From Megasphaera elsdenii DSM 20460 (GTDB lineage: Bacteria; Bacillota; Negativicutes; Veillonellales; Megasphaeraceae), in assembly GCF_003010495.1 (NCBI RefSeq), contig NZ_CP027570.1:2250001-2282000 (forward strand): a DNA stretch of 32,000 bases, in the 5' to 3' direction. The notes under the pieces are model-generated. The model was given only the letters and a program-made list of their open reading frames with translations. It searched no databases and was not told where the DNA came from. Both the position numbers and the translations under genes were made by a program. The number at the start of each line of letters is the position of its first letter. Within the stretch, counting starts at the first letter, position 1. This document shows positions 22,288 through 30,372 of this stretch, piece by piece.

Positions 22288-23652
22288 TCACAGGCGCTGG
22301 ATAGCGTCGAGGGCCAGCGGCGACCGTTCACATTCATCGGCCATCATGGTCAGCTGGTAGCATAAAGGGCTGCCTTTCATCTTACCGGCAGCATAGGTCA
22401 GACCATTGGTCCGTTCATCTAGGAAGGGCTTATCGATTTGGTTGGGGTCGCCGATGAGGATGATCTTCGTGCCTTTCCCGGCACGGGTGATGATGCCTTT
22501 GACTTGGTTCGGTGTCATATTCTGGGCTTCGTCGATGATGAGGTACGTCTTTTCCAAAGAGCGGCCGCGAATGAAATTGAGAGCTTCTGTCTGAATGAGC
22601 TGACGGTCAAAGATTTCCTCGATTTTTTCGGCTAATTCCCGTTCGTTATCGTAGCGTTCATCTTCGTTGCTGTCGATGAGCTGCTCCAGATTGTCGATGA
22701 TGGGCCGCATGAGGGGCGAAATCTTTTCCTGTTCGTCGCCGGGCAGAAAGCCGATGTCCGAGTCGAACTGCGCATTCGGACGGCAGATGAGAATGCGCCG
22801 GTATTCGCCAGTCGGATGGTTGATGATTTTTTCCAGGCCCACAGCCAAAGAATAGAACGTCTTTGCCGTCCCGGCCTGGCCTTTGACGATGACCAACGGG
22901 GCTTCCGAAGCCGGCTGCATAAGGGCTTCTTGCATGAAATACTGGCCGGCATTGCGCGGCTTGATGCCATAAGGCGTGACACGGCTGTAGGTCAGGGGCA
23001 GGACTTGTCCCTGATGGACCCGGCCTAAATGGGTTTTGTGCAAAGACGCGTCGGCCTGTAAGATGACGAATTCATTTTCCTGGACTTCCGGAGCATAACT
23101 GCGTCCTTCGCTGTCCGTTAGATAGAGCTGGCTGACGGCAACGCCTTGGGTCAGGAAATCGTCGAAAGCCGCTTCCGGTACATAACAAGTCAGACGGCCG
23201 GTATAGGCATTCTTTTCTGGAAGGACCTGTTCGCGACTGAAATCCTGGGCTTCGATATGCAGGACCTGTGCTTTCAGGCGCAGGACCAGATCCTTCGTGA
23301 CCAGAATGGGCTGACACGACTGCAGATGACGGCAGACCTTGAGGATGCGATTATCGGCCTGATCGTCCGGTAGGGAATCAGGAAGGGCTTCATGGACGCA
23401 GTTGATTTCAATACGCAGGGTGCCGCCATGATCCAAGGGGACTCCGTCGAGCAGGTTACCCCGGAGCCGCAGGCGTTCTAAAAAACGGATGGCTTGACGG
23501 GCATTGAACCCGCGTTCACCATCCGCTTTTTTCAATCCATCCAGCTCTTCGACAACAACCAAAGGAATGACGACGTGATTGTCTTCAAAACACTGCATGG
23601 CATACGGCGCCTGAATGAGCACATTCGTATCGAGTACATAAGTCTTTGCCAT
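22288..23652 (-). CDS. PIN-PhoH fusion ATPase (PhoH2 / YlaK-like)
   Basis: N-terminal PIN (YVLDTNVLI), C-terminal PhoH P-loop (GQAGTAKT) and IIDEAQN. Start taken at ATG 23652 (AGGTGG RBS), not the upstream ORF-track start. Confidence 0.88.
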   Translation of the reverse strand: MAKTYVLDTNVLIQAPYAMQCFEDNHVVIPLVVVEELDGLKKADGERGFNARQAIRFLERLRLRGNLLDGVPLDHGGTLRIEINCVHEALPDSLPDDQADNRILKVCRHLQSCQPILVTKDLVLRLKAQVLHIEAQDFSREQVLPEKNAYTGRLTCYVPEAAFDDFLTQGVAVSQLYLTDSEGRSYAPEVQENEFVILQADASLHKTHLGRVHQGQVLPLTYSRVTPYGIKPRNAGQYFMQEALMQPASEAPLVIVKGQAGTAKTFYSLAVGLEKIINHPTGEYRRILICRPNAQFDSDIGFLPGDEQEKISPLMRPIIDNLEQLIDSNEDERYDNERELAEKIEEIFDRQLIQTEALNFIRGRSLEKTYLIIDEAQNMTPNQVKGIITRAGKGTKIILIGDPNQIDKPFLDERTNGLTYAAGKMKGSPLCYQLTMMADECERSPLALDAIQRL

Positions 23653-24047
23653 AGAAAATCCCACCTTTACGCTATTTTCTTCAGCATACCAGCTGAATAT
23701 ATATATCCTGTAAAGAGGGGGCAAATAATAGGCATAATAGGGAATTTTTATCTGAATGATGGCAGGAATTTACTCCTATTGTGTAGAATAGATAACAAAA
23801 GAGAATTTTATTCCTGAACATACTATGGTAATTCCTAAAAAAGTTATTGCTGGTTTGGGTTCCGGTAGTAAATTGAGGATTGCCGATAATTGGCACAAAC
23901 TTATGGTGGGATGGCACAGGAATGGCAGAAAGTAGTCGGAGTGATTATATCTGATAAATATCTCTTTGATATTCATTGGTACCATCATAAAGATAGGGGA
24001 GATATATTATTTAAAATCAAGAGTTATACAGAAAGGAGGAAATAGTC

Positions 24048-24287
24048 ATGAAAGTCCGATATGTAGGGCAGTCGTTTGGAGTAGACAGCTTAACATCAAA
24101 TAAGATTTATCAATGTCTTGGGGTTGAAGGCGGATTTTTGAGGGTTATTGATGATTCTGGCGAAGATTACTTGTATTCGGCTATTAGTCCGGGTTCTTTA
24201 GATGACGATGGGATTCCTCCTGGAAAATGGGAAGTAATAAAGGATAATGCCAACGGGGATTTACAACGAGCTGTGAAAGTGAAATAA
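24048..24287 (+). CDS. hypothetical 79-aa protein
   Basis: Strong RBS AAAGGAGG 7-8 nt before the ATG. A weak hairpin plus T-run follows. No family recognised. Confidence 0.55.
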   Translation: MKVRYVGQSFGVDSLTSNKIYQCLGVEGGFLRVIDDSGEDYLYSAISPGSLDDDGIPPGKWEVIKDNANGDLQRAVKVK

Positions 24288-24546
24288 GCGCTTACCTGAC
24301 GGAGGCGCTTTTTTGTTGCAATTTTATAGCTTGTCTTTTCGCCGCCAGACGCGGACTGCAGACATAAAAGCCTTACCACATGCGTGGTGTCTTCCTGTTG
24401 TGACAATTTTCCGGAGGCACTGATGTACACTTATGCAAACTTGATGGGAAAGAGAAAGCAGGAATTTCAGGTTATCATGTAGAATAATTCTATAAAGGAT
24501 TGTCTGCCATGTATTTCGTGAAGAGTAACGCGTAATCGGTGAGGTG

Positions 24547-24987
24547 ATGCTAGTGTCTTTAGAAAATCAGGAATTAGCCTACATACAGACTTTTTTACAG
24601 GATAGGGCTTCGGATCAGCTTATGACGCGGCTATTAGCCGATGTTGGGGAAGATTACGCTTGGTTCCGGCGTCTGGCACAGCATATGTTCCGCAGCCACC
24701 TTTCGCCAGACGAACAACGGGAGCTGCTGAAAACGGCTAAGGCAGATACGCAAGGAGACCCCGAGAAACGCCAAGCGGCTCACGATGCCCGTCTGTTGCT
24801 GCTGAAATCGGGAATGTGTCTTTCTATTCATGAATCATGGTATTTGCATAAGGTAAAGCAAATGCCCTTAGAAAAAGCCTTTCGCCAAACCATGACGCGC
24901 ATCGTCGTAGGATTCGGCCAACTTATGTCAGAATCGGACATTCCCAACGATTTTGAAATGCAGCTCTGGTATCGGATACAAGGGTAG
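24547..24987 (+). CDS. hypothetical ~146-aa helical protein
   Basis: Clean ORF after GGTGAGG. The start is ambiguous among GTG 24544, ATG 24547 and GTG 24553. No family recognised. Confidence 0.5.
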   Translation: MLVSLENQELAYIQTFLQDRASDQLMTRLLADVGEDYAWFRRLAQHMFRSHLSPDEQRELLKTAKADTQGDPEKRQAAHDARLLLLKSGMCLSIHESWYLHKVKQMPLEKAFRQTMTRIVVGFGQLMSESDIPNDFEMQLWYRIQG

Positions 24988-25083
24988 ATATGAAAAGCTA
25001 TTGCAATTTCTCGGCTTTTTCGTTATGATGATACATATGTGTAATTTTTACCTTAGCATTTATTTACAACAGGAGGAAATGGG

Positions 25084-25536
25084 ATGGGTTTTATTAAGGA
25101 ATTTAAAGAATTTGCCATGCGAGGCAATGTACTGGACATGGCAGTCGGCGTTGTTGTCGGCGGTGCCTTTGGGAAAATCGTTACGTCTTTAGTCAATAAC
25201 ATCATTATGCCGCCTTTCGGCGTTCTTCTCGGGGGCATCGACTTTTCTGACTTCTTTATCCCTTTGAGTACGGAACATGTTGAATCGTTAGCCGAAGCGA
25301 AAGCAGCGGGAATTCCTGTTATCGCTTACGGGGCTTTCCTCAATACGGTATTAGAATTCCTGATCATCGCTTTTGCTATCTTTATCGTAATCAAACAGCT
25401 GAACCGTTTCTTTCCGAAACCAGAACCGGCTCCGGAACCGCGGCTTTGCCCGTTCTGCCGTCAGCCCATTGCTGATGACGCTACGCGCTGCCCGCATTGC
25501 ACCAGCGAATTGCCGGCAACTATTTCGAAAAAATAA
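25084..25536 (+). CDS. mscL: large-conductance mechanosensitive channel MscL with a CxxC...CxxC tail
   Basis: [38 protein letters not shown] is the MscL signature. The C-terminus carries CPFC-x12-CPHC. AGGAGG RBS. Confidence 0.9.
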   Translation: MGFIKEFKEFAMRGNVLDMAVGVVVGGAFGKIVTSLVNNIIMPPFGVLLGGIDFSDFFIPLSTEHVESLAEAKAAGIPVIAYGAFLNTVLEFLIIAFAIFIVIKQLNRFFPKPEPAPEPRLCPFCRQPIADDATRCPHCTSELPATISKK

Positions 25537-25559
25537 TATAACCAGTGAGGGAATAGTAG

Positions 25560-26000
25560 ATGACAGACAAACAAAGCATTGCCTTAAAAATCAACGATTG
25601 GTTAAACGATTGCGTGGCCGAAAGCGGCGCCTTCTTTTTGAATACCGTAGAAGCTGGCCGGCCAAAATCGCGTCCCATCAGTTTCCATATGCTGAAAGAT
25701 GGCGTTAATTATTTTGGTGTCGGCGCCATGAAAGAAGTCTATCGCCAAATGCAGGAAAACCCATATGTAGAAATTTGTGGACTTATGGGAAAGGGGAAAC
25801 TCTTTTTCCGTTATTACGGCAAAGCTGTTTTTGAAAAAGGCGATGAACTGTCCCAAGAAGCGCTGGCACAGCCTGGCTATCCAGTCATGAAGAAAATTTA
25901 CACGCCCGAAAGTGGCAATCGTTTCGTCGTTTTTCATTTGGAAGAAGCAACGGCTGAAAAACGGGCAATGATGTCCGTATTAGAAACATGGAAATTATAA
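25560..26000 (+). CDS. pyridoxamine 5'-phosphate oxidase-like FMN-binding family protein
   Basis: 146-aa ORF whose length and pattern (GRPKSRPISF ... NPYVEICG) resemble the PNPOx-like split-barrel family. Assigned from memory. Confidence 0.55.
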   Translation: MTDKQSIALKINDWLNDCVAESGAFFLNTVEAGRPKSRPISFHMLKDGVNYFGVGAMKEVYRQMQENPYVEICGLMGKGKLFFRYYGKAVFEKGDELSQEALAQPGYPVMKKIYTPESGNRFVVFHLEEATAEKRAMMSVLETWKL

Positions 26001-26034
26001 ATAGCTAAAACTAGCTCAGAAAGGAAGTGTTTTC

Positions 26035-26799
26035 ATGGCAACACATGCATTGTGGACTCTCTTACAGCAACTAAAATCTGATTACGAATGGGTAGAACTT
26101 AGCCATCGCCTGAACAATGACAGTCCGTATTGGTCTGGCATGCCCGAAGGTTCCGTCGAAATCGGGAAAACCGTCTTTGATTGGGGAAATCCCATGCTGG
26201 AATGTTTGATCCAGACCTTCAAATTTCCCGGCCAATTCGGCACGCATATTGATTTTCCCGGCCATTTTGCCAAAGGGACCGCACTGTCTGAACGCTTCGG
26301 CGTACAGTACATGGCATATCCCTTGGTCGTCATCGATATCAGTGAAAAAGTAGCCCGTGACGTCCATTACGCCGTTACCGTTGACGACATCAAAGCCTAT
26401 GAAGCGGCATATGGAGCCATTCCGGAAGGCGCATTTGTCGCACTACGGACGGACTGGTCGAAGAACTGGCCGGATAACGATAAGCTCTGCGGCTTTGATG
26501 AAGAAGGTAATGAAAATGCCCCGGGCTGGTCGTTAGATGCCTTGAAATACATCTACGAAGTCCGTCATGCCGCTGCTAACGGCCATGAAACCTTTGATAC
26601 CGACGCATCTGCCGTCGCAGCTGAAGCAGGAGACCTCATCTGTGAACGCTACGTCCTCAGCCAGGGCCATGTCCAGATCGAACTCTTGGATAACCTCGAC
26701 AAAGTAGCCCCTGCCGGTGCCATCCTCCTGGCATCCTGGCCCAATATCGAAGGCGCTACCGGACTCCCGGTCCGCGTCGTAGCCATTACGCCGAAATAA
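26035..26799 (+). CDS. putative cyclase / kynurenine-formamidase-like metal hydrolase
   Basis: GTHIDFPGHF matches the HxGTHxDxPxH cyclase-family motif. 254 aa. Confidence 0.78.
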   Translation: MATHALWTLLQQLKSDYEWVELSHRLNNDSPYWSGMPEGSVEIGKTVFDWGNPMLECLIQTFKFPGQFGTHIDFPGHFAKGTALSERFGVQYMAYPLVVIDISEKVARDVHYAVTVDDIKAYEAAYGAIPEGAFVALRTDWSKNWPDNDKLCGFDEEGNENAPGWSLDALKYIYEVRHAAANGHETFDTDASAVAAEAGDLICERYVLSQGHVQIELLDNLDKVAPAGAILLASWPNIEGATGLPVRVVAITPK

Positions 26800-26808
26800 A
26801 ATAAAAAC

Positions 26809-26855
26809 AGGGACATTCCAAATGCGATGATGTATGGAATGTCCTTGTCTTTTCT
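26809..26855 (+). terminator. intrinsic terminator after the cyclase gene
   Basis: GGACATTCCA (26811-26820) pairs with TGGAATGTCC (26835-26844), then TTGTCTTTTC. Confidence 0.75.
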
Positions 26856-26888
26856 AATTTCAGTGACCAGGAAAGGAGGGCTTTAGCT

Positions 26889-27188
26889 ATGAGTGATACG
26901 GCTATCAAGGAAGCTATGGATTACGAAAAACAATTTGCCACGAATAACAAGCTGAAATCAGCCTATTGGGAACACGAACGTACCATGCGCGACATCGCTT
27001 CGGCCCTTTACAGCCGGGAAAAAGCAGGCCAGGAACGCGGCGAAAAGATTGGTGATAAGACAGGACGCCAGGCACTCAGTACTTTGCTTCAAAAGCTATT
27101 GGAGGAAGGCCGGAAAGAAGAATTCGACCGTGTCTTGCAGGATAATGAGTATCAGGAAAAATTACTGCGAGAATATCATTTGAAATAA
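26889..27188 (+). CDS. hypothetical 99-aa charged helical protein
   Basis: GGAAAGGAGGG RBS, clean ORF, terminator directly downstream. No family recognised with confidence. Confidence 0.5.
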   Translation: MSDTAIKEAMDYEKQFATNNKLKSAYWEHERTMRDIASALYSREKAGQERGEKIGDKTGRQALSTLLQKLLEEGRKEEFDRVLQDNEYQEKLLREYHLK

Positions 27189-27200
27189 GGTTTTAGGAAG

Positions 27201-27228
27201 GACCCGTCATCATGCGGGTCTTTTTTTT
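27201..27228 (+). terminator. intrinsic terminator
   Basis: GACCCGT / GCGGGTC stem with a 6-nt loop, followed by 8 T. Confidence 0.78.
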
Positions 27229-27345
27229 GACGCTACTTATACTGATGCCGAAGGCAGTAAGCACGAATACTGGCGTATTCTGTTAGAAGATTTTGAATTC
27301 TGTGAACGGAAACGTCCGAAAGAAAAGAAAGAAAAAGATGCCTAA
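27229..27345 (+). pseudogene. promoterless, start-less 38-codon gene 3' fragment
   Basis: The frame reads DATYTDAEGSKHEYWRILLEDFEFCERKRPKEKKEKDA-stop. It begins directly at the end of the preceding terminator T-run, with no start codon or RBS. Confidence 0.3.
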
Positions 27346-27351
27346 AAACAT

Positions 27352-27399
27352 ATCCGTGTACATGTACTCATTGACGTACATGTACACGGATGATAAAAT
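27352..27399 (+). promoter_or_regulatory. yefM-yoeB promoter with a perfect 16-bp inverted-repeat operator
   Basis: ATCCGTGTACATGTAC (27352-27367) and GTACATGTACACGGAT (27376-27391) are exact reverse complements. TTGACG at 27371-27376, 17-nt spacer, TAAAAT at 27394-27399. Confidence 0.65.
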
Positions 27400-27419
27400 A
27401 AATTAAGGAGGGGATAAAC

Positions 27420-27677
27420 ATGAAAATTATGAGCCAAACAAAAGCAAGAAAAGATTTCTTTAAAATTGCCAAGGAAGTCAATGAAGACAGTGTTCCCGTC
27501 ATTGCTACGAATAAAGATTCTCTTGATGATGTAGTCATTTTAGGCAAGGCCGATTATGATTCTTTAATGGAAACATTACATGTATACGGTGTACCTGGCA
27601 TGGCGGAAAAATTAGACCGTGCGGAAAAAGAAGAAGGAATCCCTTTTACTTCCTTAGAGGATATACCAGATGTATAA
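27420..27677 (+). CDS. yefM: Phd/YefM family type II antitoxin
   Basis: 85 aa. N-terminus SQTKARKDFFKIAKEV ... VILGKADYDSLMETL is typical of YefM. Overlaps the toxin gene by 8 nt. Confidence 0.85.
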   Translation: MKIMSQTKARKDFFKIAKEVNEDSVPVIATNKDSLDDVVILGKADYDSLMETLHVYGVPGMAEKLDRAEKEEGIPFTSLEDIPDV

Positions 27678-27924
27678 AATTGAGTATACACGAGAATTTC
27701 AAAAGGATTACATGAAGTTGAAACAATATCCGTCTATGGTTAGAAAATTAAAGAAACTCATTAATGGATTATATGAAAATCCTTTTTACCATGCTGAAAA
27801 ATTAGAACCTAAATGGAAAAACAGGTATTCCTTGAGAATCAATATTCAACACCGATTAGTATATAATGTGAATATCGATGAACAAAAAATAAAACTGCTG
27901 TCATGTTGGACACATTATGAATGA
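27670..27924 (+). CDS. yoeB: YoeB/Txe family type II toxin (mRNA interferase)
   Basis: 84 aa. The motif YSLRINIQHRLVY ... LLSCWTHYE matches the YoeB C-terminal catalytic region. Confidence 0.88.
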   Translation: MYKIEYTREFQKDYMKLKQYPSMVRKLKKLINGLYENPFYHAEKLEPKWKNRYSLRINIQHRLVYNVNIDEQKIKLLSCWTHYE

Positions 27925-27933
27925 GGTCAAGAG

Positions 27934-27975
27934 CCGCTGCAACAATCATCCGGTTGTTGCGGTGGTTCTTTTTTT
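27934..27975 (+). terminator. intrinsic terminator after yoeB
   Basis: CCGCTGCAACAA (27934-27945) pairs with TTGTTGCGGTGG (27954-27965), 12 bp including two G-U. Then TTCTTTTTTT. Confidence 0.7.
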
Positions 27976-28120
27976 GTCTATGAAGAATTAATAATACATT
28001 AGGGCTTATTGCGCCAAAACAGGCCATGGAAAAACAGTTGAAGGCTTATGACAAAGAACTACGAAATAAGGATGGCGGTAACTGATGATTGCTTTTTCGA
28101 GAGCTTTTTGTGAATTTTTA

Positions 28121-28188
28121 AGCGGCTTTTTAGCGGCTTTAGGTTTTCAGCAAGTTTTTTGCCGACTTTTTTGCCGATATTTTGCCGA
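28121..28188. repeat. phased 11-12-bp short direct repeats (iteron-like)
   Basis: AGCGGCTTT at 28121 and 28132 (period 11). TTTTGCCGA at 28157, 28169 and 28180 (periods 12 and 11). No ORF. Confidence 0.5.
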
Positions 28189-28423
28189 TTTTGATATGAA
28201 AAACGAGGAAATTTGGCAGTTATTGAGAAAAAGTGAAAGTGGTATTACTTGTTAAATAAATGGCTTAGTTATGCTGGATAGAAAGTGTTACAATATGCAC
28301 CTCCATTCTCATTTAAAATAACTTACGATAATTTAACGTTATCGGAAGTAATAATACTTCTAACTCCACCCCGTACTGCTAATGACTATAAAATCACTAT
28401 ATTTCTAGTAATTCACTATCATT

Positions 28424-28447
28424 AATGATATCTACAATGATATCTAC
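28424..28447. repeat. perfect tandem 12-mer AATGATATCTAC x2
   Basis: 28424-28435 equals 28436-28447. Each copy contains the GATATC palindrome. A related AATGACTATA lies at 28381. Confidence 0.6.
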
Positions 28448-28772
28448 TTATTTTGGCTCATTTTTGATTCTCTCCCTGCTAATATGGCCAAATTATTATG
28501 CTGACGGAATTTTTTTGCTTCATAACCGGACTTGTAAACCTGTCTCTGTATTTGCTGATACTTGAGATTGTATGATTCATATAGGCTGGCGGAATTGAAT
28601 ATAGGCGTCATGCGTCTTTAAGCATATTTAACTTAGGTCAAGATGAATGATGTTAATCTATCATGATAGTTTGCCAGGTTCTTGGTGTGGAATCCTTACT
28701 ACGAGCTAATCTGTTGTCTATGGATATGATTCTTTTTTCTATACAGGTATCATCTTAATAGTTGAGCTAATC

Positions 28773-28857
28773 AACTACTTTTAGGGAAATTAGGCTTCTT
28801 CTCTAAAAGTAGTTCAAAAAAACATTCATTGCGAAGGCCTTTCTTTGGCAGTATAAT
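28773..28857 (+). promoter_or_regulatory. MFS gene promoter preceded by a 12-bp perfect inverted repeat
   Basis: AACTACTTTTAG (28773-28784) and CTAAAAGTAGTT (28803-28814). TTGCGA at 28829-28834, 17-nt spacer, TATAAT at 28852-28857. Confidence 0.5.
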
Positions 28858-28897
28858 TAGGGTTGCTTATTACTGTTTTTTACGGAGGTTATTCGCC

Positions 28898-30256
28898 ATG
28901 CAGCGATTTTTGTCTTACGAAAATACGATTTTAGCTGTCGTCATGATGGTGTCTTTTATCAACCCTTTTACCAGCAGCGCTTTGACGACGGCTTTGCCTG
29001 GGATTGGTACGGCTTATGGTGCGACGGATGCCCAGCTCAGTTGGGTCATTGAGTTGTTCTTGATTTCTTCGACGGTGACGATTATGCCAATCAGCAAGAT
29101 TGCCGACCGGATTGGCAAGCGTCATGTCTTCTTGTTTGGTGTATCCTTATTCTGTGTCTCGTCACTGGCTGTGTATTTTGTGACTTCCCTCTATGGCTTA
29201 TTTTTACTGCGCATCTTGCAAGGCCTGGGCAGTGCCAGTATTTTTGCCACCAGCATGGCCATCGTCTCCCTGGTCACCCCGCCGGAACGTCGCGGCCGGG
29301 CTATGGGCTTTACCATTGCCGCTGTGTATTGCGGGCTGTCCTTTGGTCCGGTTCTGGGCGGTTTCTTTTCTTATTACCTGGGCTGGAAGACAATTTTTTA
29401 TTTTATCGCCATTATCTGTGCCGTGGCCTGGCTGATTGCCCTGTATAGCATGAAAAAAGAAGAATGGATTGTCAATTCCCATGGCAGTCTGGATTTGTTT
29501 GGTAGCCTCTTATATGCCCTGGCTATGATTGCCATTATGGTTGGCTTATCGGAAGTAACGAGTCTTTTCTATGCTAAATATCTCTTGGCCGCCGGCTTCA
29601 TCCTGTTCCTGGTGTTCTTGTATGGTGAATGGCACCAGAAAAGCCCGGTCCTGCCCGTCCGTATTTTTGCCGACAATCGCGTGTTTTCCTGTTCCAGTTT
29701 GGCAGCTATGCTCAACTATTGTGCAACTTTTGGCATCAGTTTCCTCTTGTCCATTTATTTGCAGCGCATTACCGGCCTCAATGCCCGTGACACGGGACTC
29801 GTCCTATTGCTCCAACCGGTGCTGATGGCGCTCTTGTCCCCTGTCACCGGAGCGCTGTCGGACCGTATCAATCCCGCCGTCCTGGCTTCTTCCGGTATGA
29901 TTTTGATTACCTTCGGTCTCTCCTGTCTGGCAATCAATGTCTCTCTTTCTTCCTTCTGGCTCATTGCCCTGGCCCTGGTCATCATCGGCATCGGTTTTGC
30001 CCTGTTCACGGCGCCGAATAATAACGCGATTATGGGATCCGTGGCACCCAAATATTATGGGGCTGCTTCATCGGTCGTCAGTACGGTCCGCCTCATCGGC
30101 CAGGTCCTCAGCGTGGCCATCATCACCTTGATTTTGTCGCAAAGCGGCGCCGCGGCTGCATCGGACTGGTTGGCCCATCATATTCAGCAAGCCTTCATTG
30201 TTTTCACGATTCTCTGTGCCATTGGTATTGTCCCTTCAGCAGCACGGAGTAAGTGA
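28898..30256 (+). CDS. MFS transporter, 14-TM DHA2 (EmrB/QacA-like) type
   Basis: About 452 aa, multi-TM, with MFS motif-A-like ADRIGKRHVF and LQGLGSA. GGAGG at 28884-28888 lies 9 nt before ATG 28898. The ORF-track start at 28829 is a TTG inside the -35 box. Confidence 0.85.
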   Translation: MQRFLSYENTILAVVMMVSFINPFTSSALTTALPGIGTAYGATDAQLSWVIELFLISSTVTIMPISKIADRIGKRHVFLFGVSLFCVSSLAVYFVTSLYGLFLLRILQGLGSASIFATSMAIVSLVTPPERRGRAMGFTIAAVYCGLSFGPVLGGFFSYYLGWKTIFYFIAIICAVAWLIALYSMKKEEWIVNSHGSLDLFGSLLYALAMIAIMVGLSEVTSLFYAKYLLAAGFILFLVFLYGEWHQKSPVLPVRIFADNRVFSCSSLAAMLNYCATFGISFLLSIYLQRITGLNARDTGLVLLLQPVLMALLSPVTGALSDRINPAVLASSGMILITFGLSCLAINVSLSSFWLIALALVIIGIGFALFTAPNNNAIMGSVAPKYYGAASSVVSTVRLIGQVLSVAIITLILSQSGAAAASDWLAHHIQQAFIVFTILCAIGIVPSAARSK

Positions 30257-30291
30257 TGATTCGTGGTTAGTAGTTAGTGATTAGTGGTTCG
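30250..30291 (+). repeat. heptad array TAAGTGA TGATTCG TGGTTAG TAGTTAG TGATTAG TGGTTCG in register with the MFS stop codon
   Basis: Six exact 7-nt units. The TGA of unit 1 (30254-30256) is the stop codon, and unit 2 starts with a second in-frame TGA. The array runs straight into the terminator stem. Confidence 0.75.
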
Positions 30292-30292
30292 C

Positions 30293-30342
30293 AAAAGAGG
30301 ATGCTGCATTAAGCCAAAAACGCTAATGCAACATCCTCTTTT
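30293..30342. terminator. bidirectional intrinsic terminator between convergent genes
   Basis: AAAA then AGAGGATGCTGCATTA (30296-30311) paired with TAATGCAACATCCTCT (30324-30339), 15 of 16 bp, then TTTT. Confidence 0.8.
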
Positions 30343-30372
30343 CAAAAAGCGTATGAAATTAAATTTATGTAT

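Noticed and set aside
23653-23724. 24-codon N-terminal extension of the PIN-PhoH ORF.
   Set aside because: ATG 23652 has an AGGTGG RBS and starts right at the PIN motif (YVLDTNVLI). The extension runs into AT-rich promoter DNA.
23681-23988. Minus-strand ORFs 23681-23917 and 23776-23988 in the PhoH2 upstream region.
   Set aside because: Their sequences are AT-rich and low-complexity (rich in F, I, N and L). They have no RBS and overlap each other and the promoter region.
28026-28085. 19-aa ORF plus stop (MEKQLKAYDKELRNKDGGN) and other mini-ORFs in the AT-rich gap, and the 62-aa minus-strand ORF at 27839-28027.
   Set aside because: None has an RBS. The minus-strand ORF overlaps yoeB and its terminator. 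They are too short and unsupported.
28829-28897. 23-codon N-terminal extension of the MFS ORF (TTG start).
   Set aside because: It overlaps the predicted -35 and -10 boxes. ATG 28898 has GGAGG 9 nt upstream.
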